Both the position numbers and the translations under genes were made by a program. This document shows, one piece after another, positions 1 to 9,900 of a stretch of 64,000 nt of DNA (position 1 is its first letter; every line of letters starts with the position of its first letter). Source of the DNA: Thecamonas trahens ATCC 50062 (taxonomy: Eukaryota > Protista > Apusomonadida). The notes beneath the pieces were generated by a model, which made no database searches, was not told the origin of the DNA, and was given only the letters and a program-made list of their open reading frames with translations. Location: assembly GCF_000142905.1 (NCBI RefSeq), contig NW_013657643.1, positions 204,054 to 268,053 on the forward strand, in the 5' to 3' direction.

Positions 1-362
1 CGGGCGGCGATGGGCGACGACGGCGGAGTGGGCTCGGGCGAGGAGGCGCCGGCCGGGTCGGTCAAGGCCTCTGTGGCAAAGAAGGCGGCCTTGGGAGCGA
101 CGACAACCGCCGCCGTGAGCTCACCTAGCCCTGCGGCAAAGGCGTCCACGGCAGCAGCCAGGGCGGAGACGTGGCCGGCAGTGGCGTCGATGGTGGCGTC
201 GTGGGCGGCGACGTCGGCGAGCACCGCCGCCATGTCGCTGGAGACCGAGACCGACGAGCTCACCGCGCCTGTGCCCACGCCCTCGGCCGCGCTCCCTGCT
301 TGCCGCACAGCCGCGCCGCCCACCTCGCACAGCGTCTGCTTGGCCCGCACAAAGGGGTCCAT
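1..362 (-). CDS. 5' part of a hypothetical helical protein (MDPFVRAKQTLCEV...), runs off the window edge; possibly BAR-like
   Basis: Open frame from ATG at 362 to the window start with coding-like codon usage. Preceded by a GTGAGT...CACAG intron (458-364), apparently in the 5' UTR. Family call is weak. Confidence 0.55.
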   Translation of the reverse strand, partial: MDPFVRAKQTLCEVGGAAVRQAGSAAEGVGTGAVSSSVSVSSDMAAVLADVAAHDATIDATAGHVSALAAAVDAFAAGLGELTAAVVVAPKAAFFATEALTDPAGASSPEPTPPSSPIAA

Positions 363-477
363 GCTGTGGGTCAGACAGGTGGGGGTGGGTGGGTGGGTGG
401 GTGGGTGTGCTGCGGCGGGGACGGGAGGCTGTGGCCGGTTTAGTGGGCGCTCACTCACCGCGCGACTGCTGATCATG

Positions 478-690
478 CTCCGGCTCCGGCTCCGGCTCCT
501 GATCTTGATCTCGGCTCGGCTCGGCTCGACTTGGCTTGAGTCGGCTCGAATTGGCTTTGTCTCGGCTCGGCTCAGCTCGGCTTGACTCGGCTCGGCTCGA
601 GCTCGACTCGGCTTGGCTAGAGCTCGACTTGGCTTGGCTTGGCTCCAACTCGAGCTCGACTTGACTCCGCTCGGATCGGCTCGTCTTGGC
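478..690. repeat. Degenerate (CTCGG/CTTGG)n pentanucleotide microsatellite
   Basis: Direct reading: ctcggctcggctcggctcgacttggcttgagtcggctcg... Confidence 0.85.
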
Positions 691-788
691 TCTTCCGCAG
701 CTGTTCCACGCACGCTCTCTGTCCATGGCACTGGCCATGGGGCCATGGTCGTGGTCATGGGCCGACCGTCGTGCAGCGTTGCCGCAGT

Positions 789-1247
789 TTACGCGCTGCG
801 ATCGCGGACAGCGCGCATGGCCTTCTTGACCCGGTTCTCGGACACCTGGTAGTCGACCCGGAGTCTAGCAAGCATCTCCCGTTTGCTGGTCTCGGGCGCC
901 ATGGCCAGAGTCTCCTCCACCGCCGCCATCAGTTCGTCGTCGGCGATGACAGGCCGGGCATCGCCATGGCCCGTGCCCGCGCCGACCGCACCCGCACCCG
1001 CACCGACCGTGCCCGCGGGAGTAGGAGCCTCGCCACCAGCGCCCATCTGCGCAGCCACCAAGGCCGTCAGCTGCTGCAGATCGGCCTGCATCGTCTTGGC
1101 CGCCATGACAAAGTCGTCCTGCAGCGCCGCCATGTCCGAGCCGAGCTGGGCGGACTGGGCTCGCAGGCCGGCTAGACGGGCCAGCGCCTCGTCGCGGCTC
1201 AGCTGTATGCTGGTGGTGCTCTTGCTCATGTCCTCCTCCGCCATCAC
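789..1247 (-). CDS. Hypothetical protein, 152 aa: N-terminal coiled coil and a small C-terminal helical (HTH-like) domain
   Basis: Complete ORF with coding-like composition. Heptad-like LARLAGLRAQSAQL..., C-terminal KREMLARLRVDYQVSENRVKKAM. Confidence 0.65.
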   Translation of the reverse strand: MMAEEDMSKSTTSIQLSRDEALARLAGLRAQSAQLGSDMAALQDDFVMAAKTMQADLQQLTALVAAQMGAGGEAPTPAGTVGAGAGAVGAGTGHGDARPVIADDELMAAVEETLAMAPETSKREMLARLRVDYQVSENRVKKAMRAVRDRSA

Positions 1248-1854
1248 TCTGCCGTGTTTTCAGTCGAGTCTTGTGTGCTGCCCTGTCCTCCCTCCCGCCC
1301 TCCCGCTCTCCCGCTCTCCCGGCAGCTGCACCAGCAGCCACCGCCGGCGGTCCGAGTGACGAGTTGCCGCCGACCAGCCCGGCTGGTTGGGCGCCAGAAG
1401 TCACACGGCGCTGGTGATCGTGACAACATTTAAACTCGTATGAACGTCATATGGATAGATAGAGTGTGTCGAGAGGTACACGTAGGTGTGGATGACTGGG
1501 TCAGATGGTGCGCATTGCAGGAGATATGGCTCCGCAAGTGTGCCATCCGCCGCACAACAAATGATCAACAAAAAATGGTCACTCATGTGTGTTACTCCCA
1601 TGGGACGCCTCCATGACAGCCTGCCACTTGGCTCAGCAGCCATCCAGAGCCAAACCGACCATCCGATGCCACCACAAGCCATCGATATCCATCCATGGCT
1701 AGGATCGAAGTAGCAGTAGCTCTGCACTGCCCCAATCACCTCCCCCCCTCCCCACCACTTGTCGCACTGCCCTGCCACTGCCACGACGGAGCAGCAGTGG
1801 CGCTTCACCTTCTGCACCTCTCTCTCACCCTCCCCCCTCTCTCACACACATACC

Positions 1855-3003
1855 ATGGCCCTCATTACCACTATCGCCACGGCCGTAGCGGGTTGGGGTT
1901 GGCTGGCACCGGCTGCAGTGGTGGTCCTGGCTGTGGCGGTGGCGGTGGTCCGGGCTGTTCTGGCGCCCACCGTCGACGCCGCTACCGTCCCGCCCGACGC
2001 ACTGGCGGGCAAGACAGTGGTCATCACCGGCGGCGGCAGGGGAATCGGCCGTGCGGCTGTACTGGACTTTGCCCGTCTCGGCGCTGAGCGCATTGTTCTT
2101 GCTGTCCGCTCGCCTGCTGCGCCCTACGTCACCGCCACTCTCGATGCCGCCGCCGCCGCCGCCGTCGCCGCCGGCCATCATCCACCGCACATGGCTGCGC
2201 TCCGCCTCGATCTGGCGAGCCTCGACTCGGTCCGGGCCTTTCCGGCTGCGCTGGCTGCCGAGATGCGGACTCGCGAGCCGGCAATCCATGTCCTCGTCAA
2301 CAACGCCGGCGCTATGGGCCTCGGCCCAGACCTTGTCATGCCCCACGATCCGGCTGCCTGCGGCGAGCCGGGCTGCACCCTCACCGGCGTCGACCTCACG
2401 CTAGCCACTAATCACATGGGCCACTTTGCGTTGACGCATGCCCTGCTGCCGGCTCTCGAGCGCGCCGCTGCCGCCTCGCCGCCGTCGGATCCGGCACGCA
2501 TCGTTAACGTTACCTCGGTCACCCACAACATGGTCTCCGCTTGGCCGGCAGACTACATCGCCGGGCACAACGTCGCCGCCACCAACTCGATGTTCCGCTA
2601 TGCTGCCTCCAAGCTGGCCAACGTCGTCTACACCCACGCTCTTGCCACCCGGCTAGACTCGTCCTGCATCACCGTCAACGCCTGTCATCCCGGCAACGTT
2701 ATCACCGACGTCACCGCCAACTACTTTGGCCCCTTCATCCGGGTCGTCACCCCGATTGCCACCTCCCTTGCCTGGATTCTCTACGCGCTCGGGCTTAACT
2801 GGTCTATCCGCCCACTTGCCAAGGGTTCCGAGGCCCTCGTCTACCTCGTCGCCGCCCCGCACCTCCGTTTCGTCTCGGGCGCGTACTTTAACATCTCGCG
2901 CCTCACTGAGGCTTCGCGCCTCAGCTACGACGCAGCGGCCGCCGAAGATCTCTGGCGCGTCTCAGAGCACATCACGTGCGCAAAGTACCCAGTCCACATG
3001 TAG
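1855..3003 (+). CDS. Short-chain dehydrogenase/reductase (retinol dehydrogenase/WWOX-like), N-terminal membrane anchor
   Basis: TGGGRGIG Rossmann motif, LVNNAG, TNHMGHF, catalytic YAASK, HPG; hydrophobic N-terminus. ATG at 1855. Confidence 0.93.
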   Translation: MALITTIATAVAGWGWLAPAAVVVLAVAVAVVRAVLAPTVDAATVPPDALAGKTVVITGGGRGIGRAAVLDFARLGAERIVLAVRSPAAPYVTATLDAAAAAAVAAGHHPPHMAALRLDLASLDSVRAFPAALAAEMRTREPAIHVLVNNAGAMGLGPDLVMPHDPAACGEPGCTLTGVDLTLATNHMGHFALTHALLPALERAAAASPPSDPARIVNVTSVTHNMVSAWPADYIAGHNVAATNSMFRYAASKLANVVYTHALATRLDSSCITVNACHPGNVITDVTANYFGPFIRVVTPIATSLAWILYALGLNWSIRPLAKGSEALVYLVAAPHLRFVSGAYFNISRLTEASRLSYDAAAAEDLWRVSEHITCAKYPVHM

Positions 3004-3018
3004 AGCCGCACACTACCG

Positions 3019-4878
3019 CTACCGCGAGAGCGCCGCCACTTCCATCTCGGTTAGCGCCGCCCGCAGCTCGCGGACCGAGGCCTCGAGCTTGGTCTGCTTG
3101 CTTCGCGCCTTGCGCTCTGCCACGCCCGCCCGCTCTGCCGCAAACTCGGCTTCTGCGCACTGAATCTTGAGTGCAACCCAGTTGGCACGGACCTCGTTGG
3201 CCTCGGCCACCGCCGCCGCCTGCTCGTCGACCGACGCCTGCAGCAGCGTCTCGAGTGCATGCAGTCTCACTTCGGCCTCTGTCTCTCCGTCGACCATCTC
3301 GCGTGGCAAATCCACGCTCCCTACAGACGGCGTGTACATGGGGACAACCTTGCGTAGGGCCTCATTCTCTGCCCGCAGCCGCGCCAGCTCGTCAGTTTCG
3401 GGAATAGGCGCCACGGCGAGCGCTGCGGCGGGCGCGGGCGTTGGGACAGGCTCTGCTGCTCGGCTCTGCAGTGCAGCCTCGAGCTGCGCGATCCGCTCAT
3501 CGCGGACGCCCACCTCGGCCTCGAGTCGGGCAGTCTCAAGCATCCGCTCGCGGAGTTTGGCTCGGAGCCTACGGCTGGAGCGATCCTTGCCGCCCGGCCC
3601 GCTCGGCCCGCCTTCGCGCTTGCTTTCCAGCACTGCAATGCGGGCGCGTGCCGAGCTCAGCTCGGTCGTCAGCTTTGCCACCCGCGTGTTGGCACCGTCG
3701 AGCGCGCTCCGCATCGGTGCCAGAGCCTCGGCCTCGTGCTCGGCCTCTACAGCCTGAAGCGCCTTGGCGCTCCGCACCTGACGCTGTACCCGCATCAGCT
3801 GCGCCCGCAGCTGGGTAAGGGCAGCGTTCTTTTCGGTGAGCTCGGCCGTCAGCGCCTCGACCTCGCTCTCTAGCTCTCGTCGTGCCGTCCACGACTCGCC
3901 GAGCTGGACCTTGAGCACCGACTCGAGGACCGAGGCTTGTGACCGCGACGGCGTGGCCAGCTCTGCGGCCAGGCCAACTGCCAGTCCTGAGTTGCCCGTC
4001 TCGGGCGCCATGGACGCCAGCTCGACCTCGTCCAGCGCGTTGCGCGCGAGCGTCGGATATTTGGCGCGCCGGTCAGCCTGTACGTCAATCAGCGACACCG
4101 TCGACGGCACTGGTGGCGGGGAGGGAGCCAGACCCGAGCTTGAAGAGCTCTCGTACGACTCCTCATACGATGATGACGACGACGACGACGCCGATGAAGA
4201 CCCACAGCTGCCCGCATCGGCACTGCTCGTCTCGTCAGCGTCGGCCTGAGCAGCAAGTGCGGCATCAACAGCCGGCGTCGGCATTGGCGTTGGCAGCGAC
4301 GCCTGCGCCGCCACCACCTCCCTGTCCTCGACGTTGGTATCGGCCGACTCGGGCGGCGACGAGGCGCGTGCGGCGGCGACGGTAAACTCGAGAACGGCCG
4401 ACGCGATGTTGGCGGACTTGGGCTTGAGAGTCAGCGAGCGGCGGACGGGCTGCGGAGAGGTATGAGGCTCAGTGAGGACCACCGAGGCGTATTCTGCCAG
4501 ATCGAGTTCTGCGGTGGCAAGGACGACAGGCTTGGATGGAGCAGGCGGGTGAGCCGACTGGCGGCCCTTGCCCTTGCGGCGCGGGGTCGGCATCTCCACC
4601 AGCTCCATGCGGTAGACCTTGGCATCAAAGGCCGATCCGTCCGGCTTTGCGTAGAGCGAGGCGGCCATGGCAAGGGCGGCGTGCCACTCGACGGCACAGT
4701 CGATGAAGCAGTACTCTGCCGGAGGCGAGGCGGCGACTCGGCGCCCACGACTCCAGCGGACAGCCATGGGCGGCGCCAGCCATGAGTCGTCCACCAGCTC
4801 CACCTCGGCCTTCTCCACCACCACATGCAGAACCACCGTGGTCTTGGCCTTGCCCAGTCGCTTGGCGTACTTGAGCAT
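3019..4878 (-). CDS. NT-C2 (EEIG1/EHBP1-type) domain protein with Ser-rich linker and long coiled coil
   Basis: N-terminal VRWSRGRR...VEW...MAASLY...FDAKVY...LATAELDLAEYA fits NT-C2; heptad-rich C-terminal half. Start chosen at MLKYAKRLGK; the upstream ORF extension is repeat-derived. Confidence 0.8.
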   Translation of the reverse strand: MLKYAKRLGKAKTTVVLHVVVEKAEVELVDDSWLAPPMAVRWSRGRRVAASPPAEYCFIDCAVEWHAALAMAASLYAKPDGSAFDAKVYRMELVEMPTPRRKGKGRQSAHPPAPSKPVVLATAELDLAEYASVVLTEPHTSPQPVRRSLTLKPKSANIASAVLEFTVAAARASSPPESADTNVEDREVVAAQASLPTPMPTPAVDAALAAQADADETSSADAGSCGSSSASSSSSSSYEESYESSSSSGLAPSPPPVPSTVSLIDVQADRRAKYPTLARNALDEVELASMAPETGNSGLAVGLAAELATPSRSQASVLESVLKVQLGESWTARRELESEVEALTAELTEKNAALTQLRAQLMRVQRQVRSAKALQAVEAEHEAEALAPMRSALDGANTRVAKLTTELSSARARIAVLESKREGGPSGPGGKDRSSRRLRAKLRERMLETARLEAEVGVRDERIAQLEAALQSRAAEPVPTPAPAAALAVAPIPETDELARLRAENEALRKVVPMYTPSVGSVDLPREMVDGETEAEVRLHALETLLQASVDEQAAAVAEANEVRANWVALKIQCAEAEFAAERAGVAERKARSKQTKLEASVRELRAALTEMEVAALSR

Positions 4879-5024
4879 CGATCCCTCCAAGTCCTTGCAC
4901 CTCCTGTCCTCTCTTGTCCCTTGCTGCTCGCGACAGGTGTTGACCACGCTGTGCTGCTCCACACCCAGGCCACTAACACATACCGATCGTACATCAGACA
5001 CACCAGACACACCGAACAAGCCAG

Positions 5025-5520
5025 ACAAACCGATCACACACACCGATAACACACACTGATCACACACACTGATCACACACACCGATCACACACACTGATC
5101 ACACACTGATCACACACTGATCACACTGATCACACACACCGATCACACACTGATCACACACACTGATCACACACTGATCACACACTGATCACACACTGAT
5201 CACACACTGATCACACACACTGATCACACACTGATCACACACACTGATCACACACTGATCACACACACTGATCACACACACCGATCACACACACTGATCA
5301 CACACTGATCACACACTGATCACACACACCGATCACACACTGATCACACACTGACCACACACACCGATCACACACACCGATCACACACTGATCTCACACA
5401 CCGATCACACACCGATCACACACTGATCACACACTGATCACACACACTGATCACACACACCGATCACACACCGATCACACACCGATCACACACCGATCAC
5501 ACACTGATCACACACGATCA
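5025..5520. repeat. Tandem minisatellite of ~9-13 bp units (YGATCACAC[AC]n)
   Basis: About 40 consecutive units of ctgatcacaca / ccgatcacaca with variable CA spacer. Confidence 0.95.
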
Positions 5521-5650
5521 TACCCACTCCACCGACCACCAAATCCCCCAGGCACATTCGCCTCAGCCGCACCCGCTGCCCACACCGTGACGGACCACAG
5601 ATACACCCACTCCACGCCCCCTCCACCCTCCACCCTCCACCCACCCAGGC

Positions 5651-6667
5651 ATGGGGAAGACCAAGTCCGAGAGGCCATCCGCGCGGCGGTCGCCGTTCCA
5701 CCTGGCGACAGGCGCCATGACCTGGTCCAAGACCATGCAGCCGCACTCGGCGGGGGACGACCACTACTTTGTCTCCCGATCGGCTCGAGCCTACGGCGTC
5801 TTTGACGGCGTCTCGGGCTCAAACGGCAAGTACGGCACCGGGGCTGCCGAAGAGGCTGCAAACTTCATGTGCTTCAACGCATATGCCGCTGCGCACAAGG
5901 CCGCCGCAAGACGCCGTCCCGTTGATCCGGCCGCCATCATCATCAAGGCTCACAAGAGACTCGCACGCCTCGCCTCCGTTCGCGGCTCCACCACAGCCCT
6001 CGTCGCCGCTCTCCACTGGCGATCGACAAAGTCAGCGCTGCTCACCGTCGCAAACCTTGGCGATTGTGGCGTCCTCATCGTTCGCCCCTACGTCCACCCG
6101 CCACCTGCTCCCGCCTCGGGCATTGACCACGGCTCAACTGCCGCATCGAGCTCGGCCTCCGTCTCGGCCTCGGCCTTGTCCAGCGACCCCTACTCACCGG
6201 CGCCATCGTCATCTTCGTCGTCCTCTTCTTCGTCTTCTTCATCTTCGGCGTCCTCGTCCTCGTCCTCGTCACTGTCGTCCGCCGCATGCCGCGCTGAGCA
6301 GCTGCGCGCCCTGGCAGCCCATCGCTGGCCGCACCCCATGCGGCTGCCCAGAGTCAAGCTCGTCGGCTTCACCGAGCCTATGCGCCACGACTCGGGCATG
6401 GCCCATCCCCACACACTCTCCGCCACCACCCGCCACATCGACCGCAAGATCGACCGCACCGCCTTTGTCGTCCAGCCCGGCGACATCGTTGTCTTTGGCA
6501 CAGATGGCCTCTTTGACAACGTCGACAACAATACCATCGTCAGTGCCCTCACCCGCCATGCCACCGCCTCTCCACACTTTCTCGCCAAGCTCCTCGCCCG
6601 CCTCGCCCTCCACGGGCCCAAGCCCGACGACATCACCGTCCTCGTCGGCCGCGTCTACGAGCTGTAA
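5651..6667 (+). CDS. PP2C-family protein phosphatase, PTC7-like, with poly-Ser insertion
   Basis: GDD, YGVFDGVSG, GSTT, ANLGDCG, GTDGLFDNV and KPDDITV; all metal-binding aspartates are present. Confidence 0.9.
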   Translation: MGKTKSERPSARRSPFHLATGAMTWSKTMQPHSAGDDHYFVSRSARAYGVFDGVSGSNGKYGTGAAEEAANFMCFNAYAAAHKAAARRRPVDPAAIIIKAHKRLARLASVRGSTTALVAALHWRSTKSALLTVANLGDCGVLIVRPYVHPPPAPASGIDHGSTAASSSASVSASALSSDPYSPAPSSSSSSSSSSSSSSASSSSSSSLSSAACRAEQLRALAAHRWPHPMRLPRVKLVGFTEPMRHDSGMAHPHTLSATTRHIDRKIDRTAFVVQPGDIVVFGTDGLFDNVDNNTIVSALTRHATASPHFLAKLLARLALHGPKPDDITVLVGRVYEL

Positions 6668-6936
6668 CCTTGCGTCATCCCGAGCAATCCGCCTTCCGCC
6701 TTCCGCCTCCCTCCACGCACCCAAAGCACCGCGCACGTGTGAACGCCAAATCATCGCATACCGTGCCAGCCAAAGCCGCCACTGTGTGTGGGCATGTGGG
6801 AGTCCGTGGGTGGGCTTGCGGGGGCTCACGTCTGCTCCAGTCCAGTGCAGATACGTACTATCCACCCACAGCCCTCCCCCCCCTCCCCCCCCCCCCCCAC
6901 TCGCACACCGGCCACACCCCTCCGTCACGCCTGCCC

Positions 6937-9900
6937 ATGCGCCCTGTCTCCGTTGCGCCCTCCCTTCTCGTGCTCTTCGGCATCTGGCTCTGGCTCTGCT
7001 TCCGCTTGGTCTCCACCACAAGCCCCTGTGCAAAAGTGGCCTACGCCCCGTTGCAGACCTCGGTGGCTGGCTCGGGCATGGCCGCCTTGTTCGACCTCCC
7101 GCGTTTGCTGCCCTTTGCTCGCGTCTTTTTCGCTCTCCTCGCCGCGGACCACCATTTACGCTTACCCAAACGCATCGACCTCCGCTTTGGAGCTGGCGTC
7201 GGGCCTGCCGGCTGTCATCGATCTTACTGCAGGAGATATCGACAATGACGGCGTCGTCGATCTGGTCTATGCCCACGCTCCGGCCTCCGTCTCGTGGCTC
7301 CGCGGTCTTGCCACCGCAGGCTCCTTTGCGAGCTCACCGACTCTGGTAACTTCGAGTGCAACAGGCGTCAAGCTAATTGGAGTCGGCGACGTCACTGGCG
7401 ACGGCACGTCGGACATCATATACGTCTCGTCAATGTCCGGCCCGTTTGTGGCCGCTGGCCTCGGCGCTGCCGCCTTTGACAGCGCCTATGCTCTTCAGTT
7501 TTCATCGCGCTCCTTCGTTCAACTGCAAATTGCCGACGTTCGCGGCAACTCGAGCCTCGACATCATTACTACCGATGCGTCTGGATCCATTACTGTCTTT
7601 GCTCTCGACTTGCGCTCGTTTTCCGGCGGCGTCAAGCCGTTCATCGCTCTCGATACCAACCTTGTGAGCAGCGCAGTCGTGGCCACAGCATTTGCCGACA
7701 TGACAAACTCTGGCGAACTCGATGTTGTCGCCGCCTTTGATTCCGCCCCGGGCATTGTCTTGTGCCGCAACGTGTTTCTCAAGACATGCACCGTCCTCGC
7801 GGCCACAGGTATCGACAACTACGCCTTTGAGCCGCGACACATCGCCTTGGGCGACGTCAACGGCGATAGCCATGTTGACATTGTCGCCATCTCTGGCAGC
7901 CCGCCACAAGCTATGTGGCACCCCAACGGCGGCTCTGGCGCCATCAAGAACGCACTGCCACTCACGCCGCAGTCTCCCTCTCTGTCAAGCATTGTCATCG
8001 CTGCGCCGGCCGTCATCTACGCGCTCGATGGCTCCACTGTTCGCCTTTTCTCTTTCGACGCCACCAACTACAACCCGTTTGTCACTCCGCCACACACCGC
8101 AGCTCTGCCTAGCGCCGCACCGGTGCGGTCGCTCAAGCTGGGGCGGACGACCGGGTCCGGCGACCGCTTCATCTCGGCGGTGTCGTCGGCCGGATGGGCC
8201 TCCATCATTCGCTCGCCGGACGGAGCCTTGCAAACCCAGAGTGTGTCCAAGGAAAACTTGATGATCGCTTCCCGTGTCGTTACATCCGGGTCTCAGGGCA
8301 CCGAATTCCTACTCTGCGCCACAGGCTCGCTTGTGGCAAGCGGGTTTCTGGTCCCCAATTTGGGAGTTAGTCCCAACTCGCTCGTCAGAATCTCGCCGAG
8401 CATCAGAGCGTCGGCTGTTGCCGTCTTTGATCTCACTGGTGACACCTTGGACGACTTTGTGGCCATCGACGAGCTCTCCGGCGATCTTGTGCTCTACATC
8501 CACGTCAGTACCTACCTCTATGACCGCCATGTACTGGTCGCAAACACACTCTCACCGGCAGCGTTCCAACTCGGTGCAATTGGCTCTGCAAGTGACGCTG
8601 GCCTGGCGGTAGTCGTCACGGCGCCTTCCCCCACCTGGCTCTCCTCACCGCCGACAGGGCCCGACTGCAGCTGTTTGCAGATCCGGCTCTCGTTGGGCCG
8701 ACTCTACCGCTCGCCTCACGGTACATGGTCGCTGTTGTTGATGTCAACTCCGACGGACTCGGCGATGTTGTCGTTATGCCGGCCGACGTCGCAGGTCCGA
8801 TTTTGTTCTACGATGGCGGCGCCGGCGGAGTCCCGCTGGCGACCATTCCCGACCTTGCTGCCTCGGGCCTTGCCGTTTCTGACGTTGATGGCGATGGCGC
8901 TGTCGATGTCGTGGTGGCTGTCGCTGCCGCCAGCAAGCTGGTCTGGTTCCCAGGCCTCGCTGGAAGCGGCCCGCTGCCTGTGTTTGGCCTGCAGCGCAAC
9001 ATCTCGTTGGCAATCGCTCTTGCGCCTGCCACCAAGCTCATTGTCGACGACTTGACTGCTGACGGTTTTCTCGACATCGTGGTCTCGACCCCGACAGGGC
9101 TGTCTCTGTTTGAGGCCACGCCTGCGATCACGGCCGCGCCTGTTGTCAGTCGCACATCGTCGAAGCTATTGGCAAGCGTGGCTGAACTCGGCTTTGCGCT
9201 GCAGGGTTCACAGTGCTGGTCGTCAAGCGTGTTGCTGGAGCCGGGTGCCGTCATTCGCGGCTGTCCGCCGAGCCCGATTGTCGTACCTTCCGGCTCGGTG
9301 TGGGCGATCGAGGGCACGCCTACCGCGCCAGCGGTCATCAACTGCACTGGTAGTGTCACAGCGCTTTTTGATGTACAGGGCCACTTGATCCTCCGCAATG
9401 TGCGTATTACCGGCGGGCTCGCCAGTTCCTCGATACCGTCGCTCCTCGGCGTGTCGGGATCAGGCGTGCTCGAGCTTGACAATGTTCGCATCGATGGCTT
9501 TTCATCGGTCTCTGCCACGTTTCCGTTCGACCTCGGGACCGGCTCGGCCATCTCTGTGGGTGACGCTGGGCGCCTGGAAGCGACCAATTGTTCGTTCGTC
9601 AACAACGTGGCCTTACGCTCGGGCGGCGCAGTCGCTGTTGCCGGTGCCTCGGCAACAGCGATTTTTGCTGACTGCATCCTGGAGGGCAACACTGCGCTCG
9701 GACTTGGCAAACAGTTTGGTGGTGGTGCTGTGGCTGTCATCGGCAACGCCGCAAGCGTGCAGCTGACATCATGCGAGCTTGCCAACAACCACGCTCCCAA
9801 TGGTGTTGGCGGGGCGCTGTTCATGGCGTCATCGGCGTTGTCGGCGTTTATCACACTCACTTCTACCGAGGTCCGCGATGCGACTGCCGGTCTTGCGGGC

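Noticed and set aside
4879-5082. N-terminal extension MCVISVCDQC... of the NT-C2 ORF
   Set aside because: Derived from the TGATCACAC repeat and non-ATG start calls.
5025-5520. CRISPR-like array
   Set aside because: Units are 9-13 bp with no unique spacers, there are no cas genes, and the context is eukaryotic.
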